This document shows positions 1 to 9,789 of a stretch of 64,000 bases of DNA, in pieces. The stretch is from a virus: positions 57,650 through 121,649 of the IMG/VR virus record IMGVR_UViG_3300023109_003600; one strand, 5' to 3'. Position 1 is the stretch's first letter. Each line of letters begins with the position of its first letter. The translations under genes and the position numbers were made by a program. Under the pieces are notes generated by a model. That model was not told where the DNA came from, did no database searches, and worked only from the letters and a program-made list of their open reading frames with translations.

Positions 1-1355
1 AAGAAGGAGATCCAAATAAATCTAGAAGATTAAGGGATGCATCACGATCAGTGCAAGACATCCTACAAACAGGATTAGATAGTTTAGGTTCGGGAAAAAT
101 TAATTTACCGAAAGATTATCAATATGATAATGCGAAACCAAATGAGCAACTATCAGGCAAAACTATTTTTGGATTAGATGTAGAGATTAAAACTAAAGCT
201 CCAGAATCAGGCACTAGAGAAATCTACGCCAACTGGTTAGCTTCAGAATCTAACCCTAGATTTACAGCGGTAATAGTTAATAGACTATGGAAGGAAGTTT
301 TTGGGTTGGCATTAATTGAGCCGCTAGATAATATGTTTGATGACACGATACCTACAGATATAAAACTACAGCTACACCTCGAAAAAGTTATGATTGCCTT
401 AAATTATGATTTAAAAGAATTTTTAAGAATATTATATAATACAAAAACTTTTCAGAGAGCTTCTGTTATTAGAGATGTTATACCGCGAGATGAAAAAGAT
501 ACAGTCATGCCTATAGAAGTAAAGTGGATTATAGCGGGGCCAAATACTGAAAAGCAATCTCAAAATGCTGTACCATTCTTCTACCAAGGGCCTTTAGTTG
601 AAAGGATGAGTGGCGAACAAATTTGGGACTCTTTAGTTAATTTAACTTTTAATAATATAGATTCAAGAAAATTACAGCAGAACACAAAAGGATATGAAGA
701 CTTCGATAGATTCTCAAGCATGACTGGAGAAGAGCTTTTTGAAAATATTATGAATAAACTCAACAACAAAGAAAATGCAGGGTCAAAAATAGCGACAAAA
801 TTTACAGAACCTATTAATACAGAATGCCCTATAAAACCAGGCAGGGAAATCGACCCAACCTTATTAGCCTTAAATGAAGATGGTCAGACAGTAGCGTTTT
901 GTTGTGAATCTTGCCTAGACAAATTCAAATCTCAAAAGAAACAAAAAAAAGATGACTACAAACAAAACTACACTAAGGACAGGAATTCAGTCAGGGCGTC
1001 CGAACTAAGCTCTCCAGCACCCATAGGGCACCTCATAAGGGAGTTTGGCGGCTCAGACAGAGAACAGATAGAAAACTCGCACAAACAAGCTTCAGCAACC
1101 CAAGTACTTAATTTATTAAATGGTTTTGTAGAAACAAGGTTATTAAAAAACAAAAATTCAGAGATAGTAAAGCAAATCAAATCACAAAAAAATTTAGAAG
1201 ACAAAATTAAAGTTGCGTTCAAATCAATCCTAAATAGAGAAGCTTCAATATCAGAATTAAAATTATTTAAATCGTCACTTAAACAGGGTAAAGAGGTATA
1301 TAAAGAGATAGTATGGACGCTGGTAAACAGTCACGAATTTATATTTATTAAATAA
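1..1355 (+). CDS. DUF1553 (PSD1)-domain protein, PVC type, 5'-truncated by the window, with an internal YHS/TRASH-like Cys motif
   Basis: Frame open from base 3. Motifs LASESNPRFTAVIVNRLWKEVFGLAL, YDLKEFLRILYNTKTFQR, RMSGEQIWDSL, QVLNLLNG and C-terminal WTLVNSHEFIF are typical of DUF1553. Internal CP-x(19)-FCCESC. Confidence 0.85.
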   Translation, partial: EGDPNKSRRLRDASRSVQDILQTGLDSLGSGKINLPKDYQYDNAKPNEQLSGKTIFGLDVEIKTKAPESGTREIYANWLASESNPRFTAVIVNRLWKEVFGLALIEPLDNMFDDTIPTDIKLQLHLEKVMIALNYDLKEFLRILYNTKTFQRASVIRDVIPRDEKDTVMPIEVKWIIAGPNTEKQSQNAVPFFYQGPLVERMSGEQIWDSLVNLTFNNIDSRKLQQNTKGYEDFDRFSSMTGEELFENIMNKLNNKENAGSKIATKFTEPINTECPIKPGREIDPTLLALNEDGQTVAFCCESCLDKFKSQKKQKKDDYKQNYTKDRNSVRASELSSPAPIGHLIREFGGSDREQIENSHKQASATQVLNLLNGFVETRLLKNKNSEIVKQIKSQKNLEDKIKVAFKSILNREASISELKLFKSSLKQGKEVYKEIVWTLVNSHEFIFIK

Positions 1356-1367
1356 AAAAAAAGAAAA

Positions 1368-2651
1368 ATGAACATAAACGAATTAGGAAGAAGAGAATTT
1401 ATAGCTCAAGCAGCAAAAAGTTGCTTGGGAGTAGGCTTGATGCCAATGGCAGGAGCTTATATACATAATAGCGTCGAGGCACTACAGCCAGGAGTTAGAC
1501 CAGCAACAGCCCGTCATGTTATATATTTAAATATGGCAGGAGCAATGTCACACCTAGACACCTTTGGTCCAAAACCAGAAGTCCCAGATATTCAAGGTCC
1601 GACAAAATCAATCGCAACTACAGCAGATGGAATTCTATTATCGGAAAACTTACCGAATACTGCGCAGTTTATGCATAAAGCTTCCGTCATTAAAACTATG
1701 GTATCTAGCCAGGGAGCGCACGAACAAGCTAGCTATCTCATGCACACTAGCTATCTCAAGAGAGGTACAATTGTTCATCCTACTTTTGGAAGTTGGGTTT
1801 CAAAGCTGGCAGGCTCAATCAATACTACCGTACCTGCAAATATTAAAATTGGAGGTGGAGGAGGAGGAGCTGGTTTTCTTGAATCAAAATATGGTGCTCT
1901 GCCAATAAATAATCCTCGCTCTGGTTTGGCTAATAGTAAAATGGCTTCTTATTTAGATTTAGAAACCTTTCAAGGCAGAATTTCTTTGGCAGAGAAATTA
2001 AATCAAAACTTTTCTACAGATTTTCAATTAAAACAAGTAAGAGCTTATTCTGATTTATACAGGGATGCAGTTAAGCTAATGAATAGCGATGACTTAAATG
2101 CTTTTGATATAACTAAAGAGTCGCAGCAAACAAGCGAACTTTATGGTGCTACTAATTTTGGGCAAGGTTGCCTTTTAGCAAGAAGGTTAGTTGAAAATGG
2201 CGTTCGTTACGTTGAAGTTACAAGAGGTGGATGGGATACGCATGATAATAACTTTGAAAGAGTTGCGGCAAATTGCGCGGATATTGATCAAGCTTTAAGC
2301 GGTTTGCTTTACGATTTAGATAGACGAGGACTTTTAAGCGAAACGCTTGTAGTGTTGACTTCTGAATTTGGAAGGACTCCAAACATCAACGGTAGAGACG
2401 GAAGAGATCATTGGCCATATTGCTTTACGGCTTTTATGGCGGGAGGAGGAATCAAAGAAGGCTTCTCTTACGGAGAAAGTGACAAGGCAGGTCGAAGCCC
2501 AGTGGAAGGAAAAGGCATTAAGCCAGAAGACTTAAATGCTACTATAGCATACGCCTTAGGGTTGTCAATAAATAGTCAGCAGTACTCCCCCTCAGGAAGA
2601 CCTTTTACGATAGCGAATAAGGGAGAACCTTTACTTGACGTTATTTCTTAA
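1368..2651 (+). CDS. DUF1501 family protein with Tat signal peptide
   Basis: N-terminal GRREFI twin-arginine; VIYLNMAGAMSHLDTF, FGQGCLLARRLVENGVRYVEV, GGWDTH, SEFGRTP, GRDHWP motifs. Confidence 0.92.
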   Translation: MNINELGRREFIAQAAKSCLGVGLMPMAGAYIHNSVEALQPGVRPATARHVIYLNMAGAMSHLDTFGPKPEVPDIQGPTKSIATTADGILLSENLPNTAQFMHKASVIKTMVSSQGAHEQASYLMHTSYLKRGTIVHPTFGSWVSKLAGSINTTVPANIKIGGGGGGAGFLESKYGALPINNPRSGLANSKMASYLDLETFQGRISLAEKLNQNFSTDFQLKQVRAYSDLYRDAVKLMNSDDLNAFDITKESQQTSELYGATNFGQGCLLARRLVENGVRYVEVTRGGWDTHDNNFERVAANCADIDQALSGLLYDLDRRGLLSETLVVLTSEFGRTPNINGRDGRDHWPYCFTAFMAGGGIKEGFSYGESDKAGRSPVEGKGIKPEDLNATIAYALGLSINSQQYSPSGRPFTIANKGEPLLDVIS

Positions 2652-2662
2652 CTTATAATTAT

Positions 2663-3469
2663 TCATTCTGGGCGCTTACCCAAAGGTTTCCCATCTTGAC
2701 CAATTTGCCCATCTCTAATTTTTGTAGCAGAGACTTCTTGCAATTCTTTACTTAGTTCCAATTGTTCGATATTGTAACCAACACCTCTTCCATAAAATAC
2801 GTCCATAATATTTGGAAGCTCTACGACTTTAATTTTATTTCCAAACTCGATACAAGCAGAATGTATCTCTGCTTTTACCTTTTCAAAATTGTAGGGATTA
2901 CTATCATTAATTCCACCAACATCTCTTAATGCTATGCAACACTGACCTGTTCTTTTTATGGCTTCGGCAACAAGACTCTTGTGTCCAATGTGGAATGGTT
3001 GGTATCTACCTATTAGTAGTGCGGTAGGCGCCTGATTATCCCACACTTCGCTTTCGTTTAATTTTTCAATAACTTTATCGACCCACTCTTCTGGAGTTCC
3101 ATCAGTAAGTCTTACATCATAATTCATAGGACTTTCAAACAATTTGTTCGTATCTTCGTATCTACCCTCCAAGATTCTATCTACCCAAATTACAAAATCT
3201 GCATTAAAAGATTCTCTTGTTTTTTGAGTTGGGCAGATAAAGTCTGCGATAACATAACACCCTCCCATTTTCGCCCAATCACAAAGTTTGCCCATTCTCT
3301 TGGCATGAGACAATCTATCTTCAGGAGAAAAACCAAGTTCAGAATATATATCTTGCCTAACAGCATCAGCATTAAACCATGCAGCTTGCAATTTTGGAAC
3401 GAGCTTTTCAGCTAAAGTTGTCTTGCCAGAACCTGGCAGACCCATAATTAATATTTTTCTTTTCGTCAT
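2663..3469 (-). CDS. cysC: Adenylylsulfate (APS) kinase-like domain fused to an HxGH nucleotidyltransferase
   Basis: GLPGSGKTT P-loop, DAVR...LGFSPEDR and ADFICP (CysC-like); C-terminal GRYQPFHIGH...SATKIR. ATG 3469 lies 10 nt after a GTGTA motif. Confidence 0.8.
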   Translation of the reverse strand: MTKRKILIMGLPGSGKTTLAEKLVPKLQAAWFNADAVRQDIYSELGFSPEDRLSHAKRMGKLCDWAKMGGCYVIADFICPTQKTRESFNADFVIWVDRILEGRYEDTNKLFESPMNYDVRLTDGTPEEWVDKVIEKLNESEVWDNQAPTALLIGRYQPFHIGHKSLVAEAIKRTGQCCIALRDVGGINDSNPYNFEKVKAEIHSACIEFGNKIKVVELPNIMDVFYGRGVGYNIEQLELSKELQEVSATKIRDGQIGQDGKPLGKRPE

Positions 3470-3543
3470 AACCCTATTATACACTTTTATTTTTTTTATC
3501 CTTGACTTATTTTTTTAAAAATAGTAATATATACTTATATCAA

Positions 3544-4080
3544 ATGAATTTACTAGAAAACACAAAAACATATTTAGTAGGACACATGCAATATCTTAGC
3601 GGAAGAAATTGGCGCGAAGAAATAACAGGGCAATTAAGCTCCTTAAATATAACATGTTTTGATCCATACAAAAAACCATTCATGAAAGATGTTGAAGAAG
3701 ACGAAGCCTCTAGGCTTGAAATGGAAACATGGATGAAGACCAAACAGTATGATCGAGTTACGGATAGAATGAAAACCGTAAGAGCATACGACCTAAACTT
3801 AGTTGATCGTTCAGATTTTATTATTGCCCATCTTGTTCCAGATGTAGCTTCGTGGGGCAGTGCAGAAGAAATAGTTACAGCAGTACGAATGAAAAAACCT
3901 ATTTTTATTAGCATGGAAGGTGGAAAGTCAAAGACACCTTTATGGATGCTAGGAATGCTACCTCATAAATATATTTATAATAGTCTTGACGAAGTAGTAG
4001 AAATGTTGTATGCTATAGACAATGGAAACAAACCGATAGATTCAGATAGGTGGAGATTACTACAGAAACAATTCAGATAA
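3544..4080 (+). CDS. Nucleoside 2-deoxyribosyltransferase-like protein
   Basis: YLVGHM...NWRE...FDP, DLNLVDRSDFIIA, SWGSAEE...KKP pattern; follows a TTGACT/TAATAT promoter. Confidence 0.7.
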   Translation: MNLLENTKTYLVGHMQYLSGRNWREEITGQLSSLNITCFDPYKKPFMKDVEEDEASRLEMETWMKTKQYDRVTDRMKTVRAYDLNLVDRSDFIIAHLVPDVASWGSAEEIVTAVRMKKPIFISMEGGKSKTPLWMLGMLPHKYIYNSLDEVVEMLYAIDNGNKPIDSDRWRLLQKQFR

Positions 4081-4091
4081 TATAGAAAACA

Positions 4092-4166
4092 ATGACACTA
4101 GATTTAATATTATTCATAATTTTTAGTTACTTATTTTACCAAGTTATAGAAAAAGGAAGATTTTAA
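4092..4166 (+). CDS. 24-aa membrane micropeptide MTLDLILFIIFSYLFYQVIEKGRF
   Basis: Hand translation; fills the intergenic gap, stop 1 nt before the next ATG. Confidence 0.5.
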   Translation: MTLDLILFIIFSYLFYQVIEKGRF

Positions 4167-4167
4167 T

Positions 4168-4545
4168 ATGAGCGAAGACAAAAACAATAAAAATAAAAAC
4201 CCCCTCGAGGGAGCAACAAGAATGGGAGATTCCTTTACTCCCACTCCAGATCAACTTAACGCCTTATTGGGAGACGCGATGGGAACTCAAAGAGCAGCCC
4301 TACCAACGCAACAATACCTACAGTCAATATTCAATCAGTATGTAGGATTACGAGAGCAAAGTTTGGCAGACTTGTCTATGCTATTGCAACATGGAGTTGG
4401 AGTTGGAGATCATGCTGATGTAGGAGCAACAATCAAACAGAAAATTGAAGAGGCTGAGAAATACGACTCTTTAGTTTCTGCAATGGACAAGTGGTTCGCG
4501 GCAGGACAAGCGGCAGAACAATTCAAACAAGCAAAGCAAGAGTGA
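4168..4545 (+). CDS. Hypothetical phage protein
   Basis: 125-aa ORF with a GVGVGDH motif and normal packing. Confidence 0.7.
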   Translation: MSEDKNNKNKNPLEGATRMGDSFTPTPDQLNALLGDAMGTQRAALPTQQYLQSIFNQYVGLREQSLADLSMLLQHGVGVGDHADVGATIKQKIEEAEKYDSLVSAMDKWFAAGQAAEQFKQAKQE

Positions 4546-4717
4546 GGGGTAAGGCATGCAAGAGGTTAAAAACTTTATTTAACCCAAAAGAAGGAGACGA
4601 AACAAGTAAAAAAGCTTATCGACTAGCAAAAAAACAATACAAATCATTTAACGAAGACGAAAAAAAATCATTTATTAAAAATCTAGAAATTATTCACAAT
4701 TCAAAACAATAAAAACT

Positions 4718-5032
4718 ATGGAAAACGAAAATAATCAAACAAACGATTGGAAAGAACGCGAAATTGGAGCTCTCTGGAGACGCAGTGGCAAAAGTCAAAA
4801 GTATCTATCTGGATACATTAGAACTGGAGACGAGCTAGACCCGCAAGAAGTCAGGCTAGTAGTATTTAGTAATAAGTACAAGAGCGAAAACGAAAAAGCT
4901 CCAGATTTTGTAGTCTACAGGTCCGAACCTGCGCAAAAACAAGAAACGGTTGAAGCAAAATCTTCAAACAAAGCTCCAGCAAAAGCTGAAGAAGATGATT
5001 TAGAGCAAGAGCTAGAAGAATTATTAAAATAA
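4718..5032 (+). CDS. DUF736-like protein, possible ssDNA-binding protein with acidic tail
   Basis: IGALW...YLSG...N.YK....PDF pattern; acidic C-terminus EEDDLEQELEELLK. Confidence 0.55.
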   Translation: MENENNQTNDWKEREIGALWRRSGKSQKYLSGYIRTGDELDPQEVRLVVFSNKYKSENEKAPDFVVYRSEPAQKQETVEAKSSNKAPAKAEEDDLEQELEELLK

Positions 5033-5108
5033 TTAAAAGAAATCTAGAAAATCTTTTTTTTCTGTGTAATATTGGTTAACTACATTTTAACATTTAACTT
5101 TATATATT

Positions 5109-5495
5109 ATGGCAGGCAGAGATTTCGACATTCATCCATCAGGCGTTTTTGGCGCAGATTATTCAGTATTAACTGGCAGCACACCTTTTACCCCACCAGC
5201 AGATGGAATATTTTTACCTCTATCAACGCTAGTGGGTCAATCTGGAGCTCCAACCGACCACGAGCTTACTAAAGCAGAAGCGGGAGTAGACCACAGAAAA
5301 GTAGCTTGGGGCATACTCGAAGCATATTATGCTCATATGTCAGAATTAGATGTTGATAGCGCAATAGATAACTTTACTGTTACTAGAGGAGCTTTATCTT
5401 TTACTGGAGAAGCATCAAGTCGTAGAACTTATACCATTAGTTTTCAATATGGTGTGGGATCTATGGATATTGGTGACGAAACTGCAGCTCCTTAA
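5109..5495 (+). CDS. Hypothetical protein, possibly virion-associated
   Basis: Ala/Gly/Thr-rich 128 aa; upstream GTGTA motif at 5064. Confidence 0.6.
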   Translation: MAGRDFDIHPSGVFGADYSVLTGSTPFTPPADGIFLPLSTLVGQSGAPTDHELTKAEAGVDHRKVAWGILEAYYAHMSELDVDSAIDNFTVTRGALSFTGEASSRRTYTISFQYGVGSMDIGDETAAP

Positions 5496-6424
5496 TGGAA
5501 GTCGAATACGGGCTAATTACTAGCTCGGCGGTACCAGAACAGCTGAGAGCGTCTAAGTCCTTTATGGAGGTAGACAAAAATCAGTGGTACGATTTAGTGG
5601 ATTATGCAAAAAGTCTCGACCCAACCAAAGAGTCTGAAAAAGTTATGGTTTTAGTTGTTGCGCATGGAACTCCCGAAGAAGAAGCGGCAGAGCAAAAACG
5701 TCTTGAAAAAGAAGCGGCAGAAGTAGCAAGGTTAAAAGCTGAAGAACAGAAAAACATCCAACAAAAACAATCTGAACAAGAAAAACAAGAATCGGAGCAG
5801 AGGGAACAATCTAGGCTCAGAGCTCGATCAAAAGAAATACTCAATGCCTTATACGGAAGATAAGCAGTCGGTAATACACAAAGCTAATTTCATTATTAAA
5901 GCATGTAAGCTTTTAAAAACCGAGTTGCACTGTGATTTTATAGAAGAGCCCATATTTCACTGTGTTATATATAACACAAGAGGTGATATGGCAAGTATAT
6001 CGCAAGATCATAATTTATTTGAATCGGCAAAGTATGCCCCCGAGTGGTCAGAATCAATGACGAATTGGGCAAAAGAAGAAGGCTTCTCTGAATCACAGAT
6101 TAAAACTCAAAACCTTATGCATACAGCAACCTTAAATGAAATCTGCGCGCTTTTAACATGATCGAAAAAGGAAAAAATTTACAGTTTTATTCTTGGGTAA
6201 GAGAAGGTGAGTCAATTACTGTTGTGGGAACAAGGCTTCCAGAAAAACCCTTAACGTTTTCTTTTTTTTTAGGTAAAGAACAATTAAACGATACAGACAG
6301 CTCGATTGTCACAGACTTTGTAACAGAATTAAAAGAATCAATGTCAAAAACTAAAAGTAAAAATGCGAAAAACAACCCTAAAAAAGTCGCAAGAAGACCA
6401 AGAAGGGTGCCAAGAAGACGTTAA
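5495..6424 (+). CDS. Three coupled hypothetical ORFs (5495-5863 coiled-coil; 5844-6161; 6158-6424 with basic tail)
   Basis: Overlapping start/stop codons in the ORF track. Confidence 0.6.
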
Positions 6425-6463
6425 TTATTGACAACTCTAGCCAGCTATGTTATTATATTTTCT

Positions 6464-6883
6464 GTGGCAGATCAAAAAGATATAGATAAAACATATTTAA
6501 TTATGGCTAAAGCTTGGGCAAACCTATCAAAAGCCCAAAGAAAAAAAGTCGGATGCCTAATTGTTAAAGATGGGTGTATAATTTCAGATGGTTTTAACGG
6601 AACCCCTTCTGGTTTTGATAACTCTTGTGAAAACAGAGAAAATTTATTTTTAGTTACCAAGCCAGAAGTTTTACATGCAGAAAGTAACGCAATAACCAAG
6701 CTAGCTAAGTCAACCCAATCTAGTTTAGGTGCAACAATGTATATTACAATAAACCCATGTGTTGAATGTGCAAAATTAATAATTCAGTCAGGAATAACTA
6801 GGGTCGTTTATAAAGATTTTTATAAGGATTATAAAGGAATAAATCTGCTTCAACAAGCAAAAATTAAAACAGAAAACATATGA
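6464..6883 (+). CDS. dCMP deaminase
   Basis: VGCLIVKD, GFNGTP, HAESNAI, PCVECAK zinc motifs. GTG 6464 is 7 nt after the -10 box of TTGACA(6428)-N17-TATTAT. Confidence 0.93.
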   Translation: MADQKDIDKTYLIMAKAWANLSKAQRKKVGCLIVKDGCIISDGFNGTPSGFDNSCENRENLFLVTKPEVLHAESNAITKLAKSTQSSLGATMYITINPCVECAKLIIQSGITRVVYKDFYKDYKGINLLQQAKIKTENI

Positions 6884-7311
6884 AAGTAAAGTTTAAAAAA
6901 ATAGAACAATTCACTAAGGGGCCGACCAAAGCACATCAAGACGATGCTGGTTTTGATTTGTATGCATCAAGCAAACAAGAGCCAGTGTTTAATAGCGTGG
7001 GCCTTTATATTGAATACGGCACAGGGATTTGCTTTGAGATTCCAAAGGGTTACGTAGGATTATTATTTCCTCGTTCAAGTATTAGTGATACGAGGCACAA
7101 CTTAAGAAACTCTGTTGGAGTAATTGATTCTGGATATAGGGGAGAAGTAAAGTTTAGATTTTCCGAAGACAATACTTCTTCGGGTTATTCTGTAGGAGAT
7201 AAGATTGGGCAAGTTGTTTTTATAAAGTTGCCCAAAATAGACCTAGAAGAATCATTTAACCTCTCAGATTCAAGTAGGAATGAAGGAGGTTTTGGCTCCT
7301 CAGGAAAATAA
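6880..7311 (+). CDS. dut: Trimeric dUTPase
   Basis: AGFDL, PRSS, GVIDSGYRGE, Q and RNEGGFGSSG motifs. Confidence 0.96.
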   Translation: MKVKFKKIEQFTKGPTKAHQDDAGFDLYASSKQEPVFNSVGLYIEYGTGICFEIPKGYVGLLFPRSSISDTRHNLRNSVGVIDSGYRGEVKFRFSEDNTSSGYSVGDKIGQVVFIKLPKIDLEESFNLSDSSRNEGGFGSSGK

Positions 7312-7355
7312 GGCTTGACTTTTTCACACATAAACAGTATATTATATAAATCATC

Positions 7356-7892
7356 ATGACATACCAAAACAAATTTGACAAAAGTGGAGAATGCGCCATC
7401 CAAGGAGAAAGCGCGGAAGAACTATTTAGCAAACTTTCTGTAAAAAGAAATTACAAAGTGCGGAAAGCAGATAAAAATCAAAACATATATGACCACATAG
7501 ACTACTATTTAACAGGAGTTAATAAAGAAAGTAATAAAGATCAGACAATTACTGTAGACGTTAAAGCTCAAAAAAAGACAAACAGAAAAGATTCTTCATT
7601 TAACAACTCTTGGGTCTGGGTAGAGATTAAAAATGTACAAGGTAGAGATGGATGGCTTTACGGGAAGTCAAATTTTATAGCGTTCGAGCAGAAAGAATAC
7701 TTTTTGTTAGTACCAAGAAAGACTTTGATAGAGGTAGTTCTCTCAAACGTAAGGTTTGACCTAGACTATGTTCAAAGAGCCGCTCAAGCTAAGTACAGAA
7801 TTTATCAGAGGCCAGGCAGAAGGGACCAAATTACACAAATCAAAGTGCAAGATTTACTTGTGCTTCAAAACTCAACAAAATGGAAAAAATAA
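7356..7892 (+). CDS. PD-(D/E)XK restriction-endonuclease-like protein
   Basis: G..AE...HID...TVDVKA...WVE pattern. Confidence 0.6.
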   Translation: MTYQNKFDKSGECAIQGESAEELFSKLSVKRNYKVRKADKNQNIYDHIDYYLTGVNKESNKDQTITVDVKAQKKTNRKDSSFNNSWVWVEIKNVQGRDGWLYGKSNFIAFEQKEYFLLVPRKTLIEVVLSNVRFDLDYVQRAAQAKYRIYQRPGRRDQITQIKVQDLLVLQNSTKWKK

Positions 7893-8296
7893 TATGAGCA
7901 TCAATACAGAATACGTTTATGTAGTAACTCGCAATAAAAGACGGGTAGAACCAGTAAGTTATAAAACTATATCAGAAGCTCAAGATAGGGCAACAGGTTT
8001 AGTAGAAACCCTTAAAAAGTGGAAAGATCCAGATTACAACAAGGTCTCAATAACAAAGACTAGGCATCCGCACACCATCACCTAATTAATCATGATAAAT
8101 TATATTTTAAATAAATTTATGCCAATTTTAATTATAACCTTTTTACTCTTCTTAAATTTTGGGTTTTATAAGATCGAACCGTACATAATACTAGGGCTAG
8201 TAGCCTTTATTACTAACTTTAATTACAAGGTTGGTTACTCTATGGGAATTTGCGAAGCAAAAGGAATAAACTTAAAGTAAAAGTGTATATTTATAT

Positions 8297-9007
8297 ATGC
8301 CACCAAACAATAAAAAAAACTTCAAAATACCGCAGCTCGAACAAACAATAAAAGTTAACTGCCTTAAATTAGACGAAAAACAATTATCATTTTTAGAAAA
8401 ATCTCTATCTGAAGATACAAAAGTTATGATAATTGCTGGTCCCGCAGGAACTAGCAAAACCTACATGTCTGTCTACTCAGCGATGAGATTGCTGTCTTCA
8501 GACCCTAAAAAAGATTTAATTTATATTAGAACTGTAATTGAGAGCGCAGACAAGGGAATGGGTGCCCTGCCAGGAGATCTAGATGAAAAATTCAACCCGT
8601 ACATACTCCCATTACTAGATAAACTTGAAGAAATTTTGCCCAAAAACTCTACATTAAAGAGAGATTTACTAGACAAAGGCCGAGTTTCGGCATTACCTGT
8701 AAATTTCCTAAGAGGGGCAAGCTGGAATAATAAAATTATAGTTGCTGATGAAGCGCAAAACTTCTCCTTCAAAGAGTTAACGACACTAATTACTAGAATA
8801 GGCGAGAACTGTACCCTATTTATATGTGGAGACCCAATGCAAAGCGATATCAACGGCAAGAGTGGCTTCGGAGATTTAATTAACATTTTTAACGACGAAG
8901 AAAGCCAGGAAAAAGGCATTCATAGTTTTTTCTTTAACCATGCAGACATAAAGAGAAGCAAAATATTAAAATTCATAATACAAAAAATCCAAAAATATGG
9001 GGGCTAA
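8297..9007 (+). CDS. phoH: PhoH family ATPase
   Basis: GPAGTSKT, LPGDLDEK, FLRGASW, DEAQN, TRIG and GDPMQSD motifs. Confidence 0.95.
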   Translation: MPPNNKKNFKIPQLEQTIKVNCLKLDEKQLSFLEKSLSEDTKVMIIAGPAGTSKTYMSVYSAMRLLSSDPKKDLIYIRTVIESADKGMGALPGDLDEKFNPYILPLLDKLEEILPKNSTLKRDLLDKGRVSALPVNFLRGASWNNKIIVADEAQNFSFKELTTLITRIGENCTLFICGDPMQSDINGKSGFGDLINIFNDEESQEKGIHSFFFNHADIKRSKILKFIIQKIQKYGG

Positions 9008-9757
9008 ATACAGAACTAAATACTCAGAAAACATTTATGACAGAAATTGGGGCAAAAATGGAGCAATGTTTATCAGCAATCTTGTCAGAGCTTCTATTTT
9101 TAACGAGTTTGAATTGGTTAAGCAGGGTTTTTCCCCAAGTGCTACTTTTGATATTACGTTTCCGCATGCTTTAGTTGGTCTTAATGTAAATGGCAAAGAT
9201 TATCTTTCATATAAAGAGGGTAATAAAGATCAACAAATAAAATACAAAGCAAAAGATGGCATGAAAGAGATAGCTACTTTTTTAAAGCGAAAAAAAATAC
9301 TAAATAAATCAAATTACAAAAACTTTCGAACGAAAGTTTTCATTCTTTTCGAACAAAAAACTGGTGGAAATTTCTTAGAAATTATAAATGGGGGAGGTAT
9401 AAATTTCCTTGAAAAAATCGAAGATCAACAGAAAAATTCAAGGTTATTTACTTATGATTATTACGAATCTATTTGCGTCAACAATATAGTGCATTGTTAC
9501 GCCAGTCTACATTGAATACTATCTATCAAGAATCAGGTTGCTGGTTTACATACGACTATGCGCATAAAAAAATATTCTTAAGCGTTGATCAGGTTAAGGC
9601 GCTCTGCCCTGCTGTAGATAAATTTACTGAAGACTCGGTAAAAAGATTCTCAAAAATTAAACTTAGTAACAATTTTCATAATTGCACTTTGATACCAACA
9701 AAAAACATAAAGGATATATATAATAGCTTGTTTAAAATAAAACAAAAAAAGTGTTGA
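8997..9757 (+). CDS. Two hypothetical ORFs (8997-9515; ~9512-9757)
   Basis: Coupled ORFs, no recognisable motif. Confidence 0.55.
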
Positions 9758-9782
9758 CAAAACCATACTACTGATGTAATAT
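9754..9782 (+). promoter_or_regulatory. Sigma70-like promoter upstream of the ncRNA candidate
   Basis: TTGACA(9754-59)-N17-TAATAT(9777-82). Confidence 0.75.
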
Positions 9783-9789
9783 ATATACA

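Noticed and set aside
1851-1870. GGA/GGT repeat run
   Set aside because: Encodes an in-frame poly-Gly loop in DUF1501.
7356-7892. Restriction-modification system or homing endonuclease/intron
   Set aside because: No adjacent methyltransferase and no interrupted host gene; only a lone PD-(D/E)XK-like ORF.
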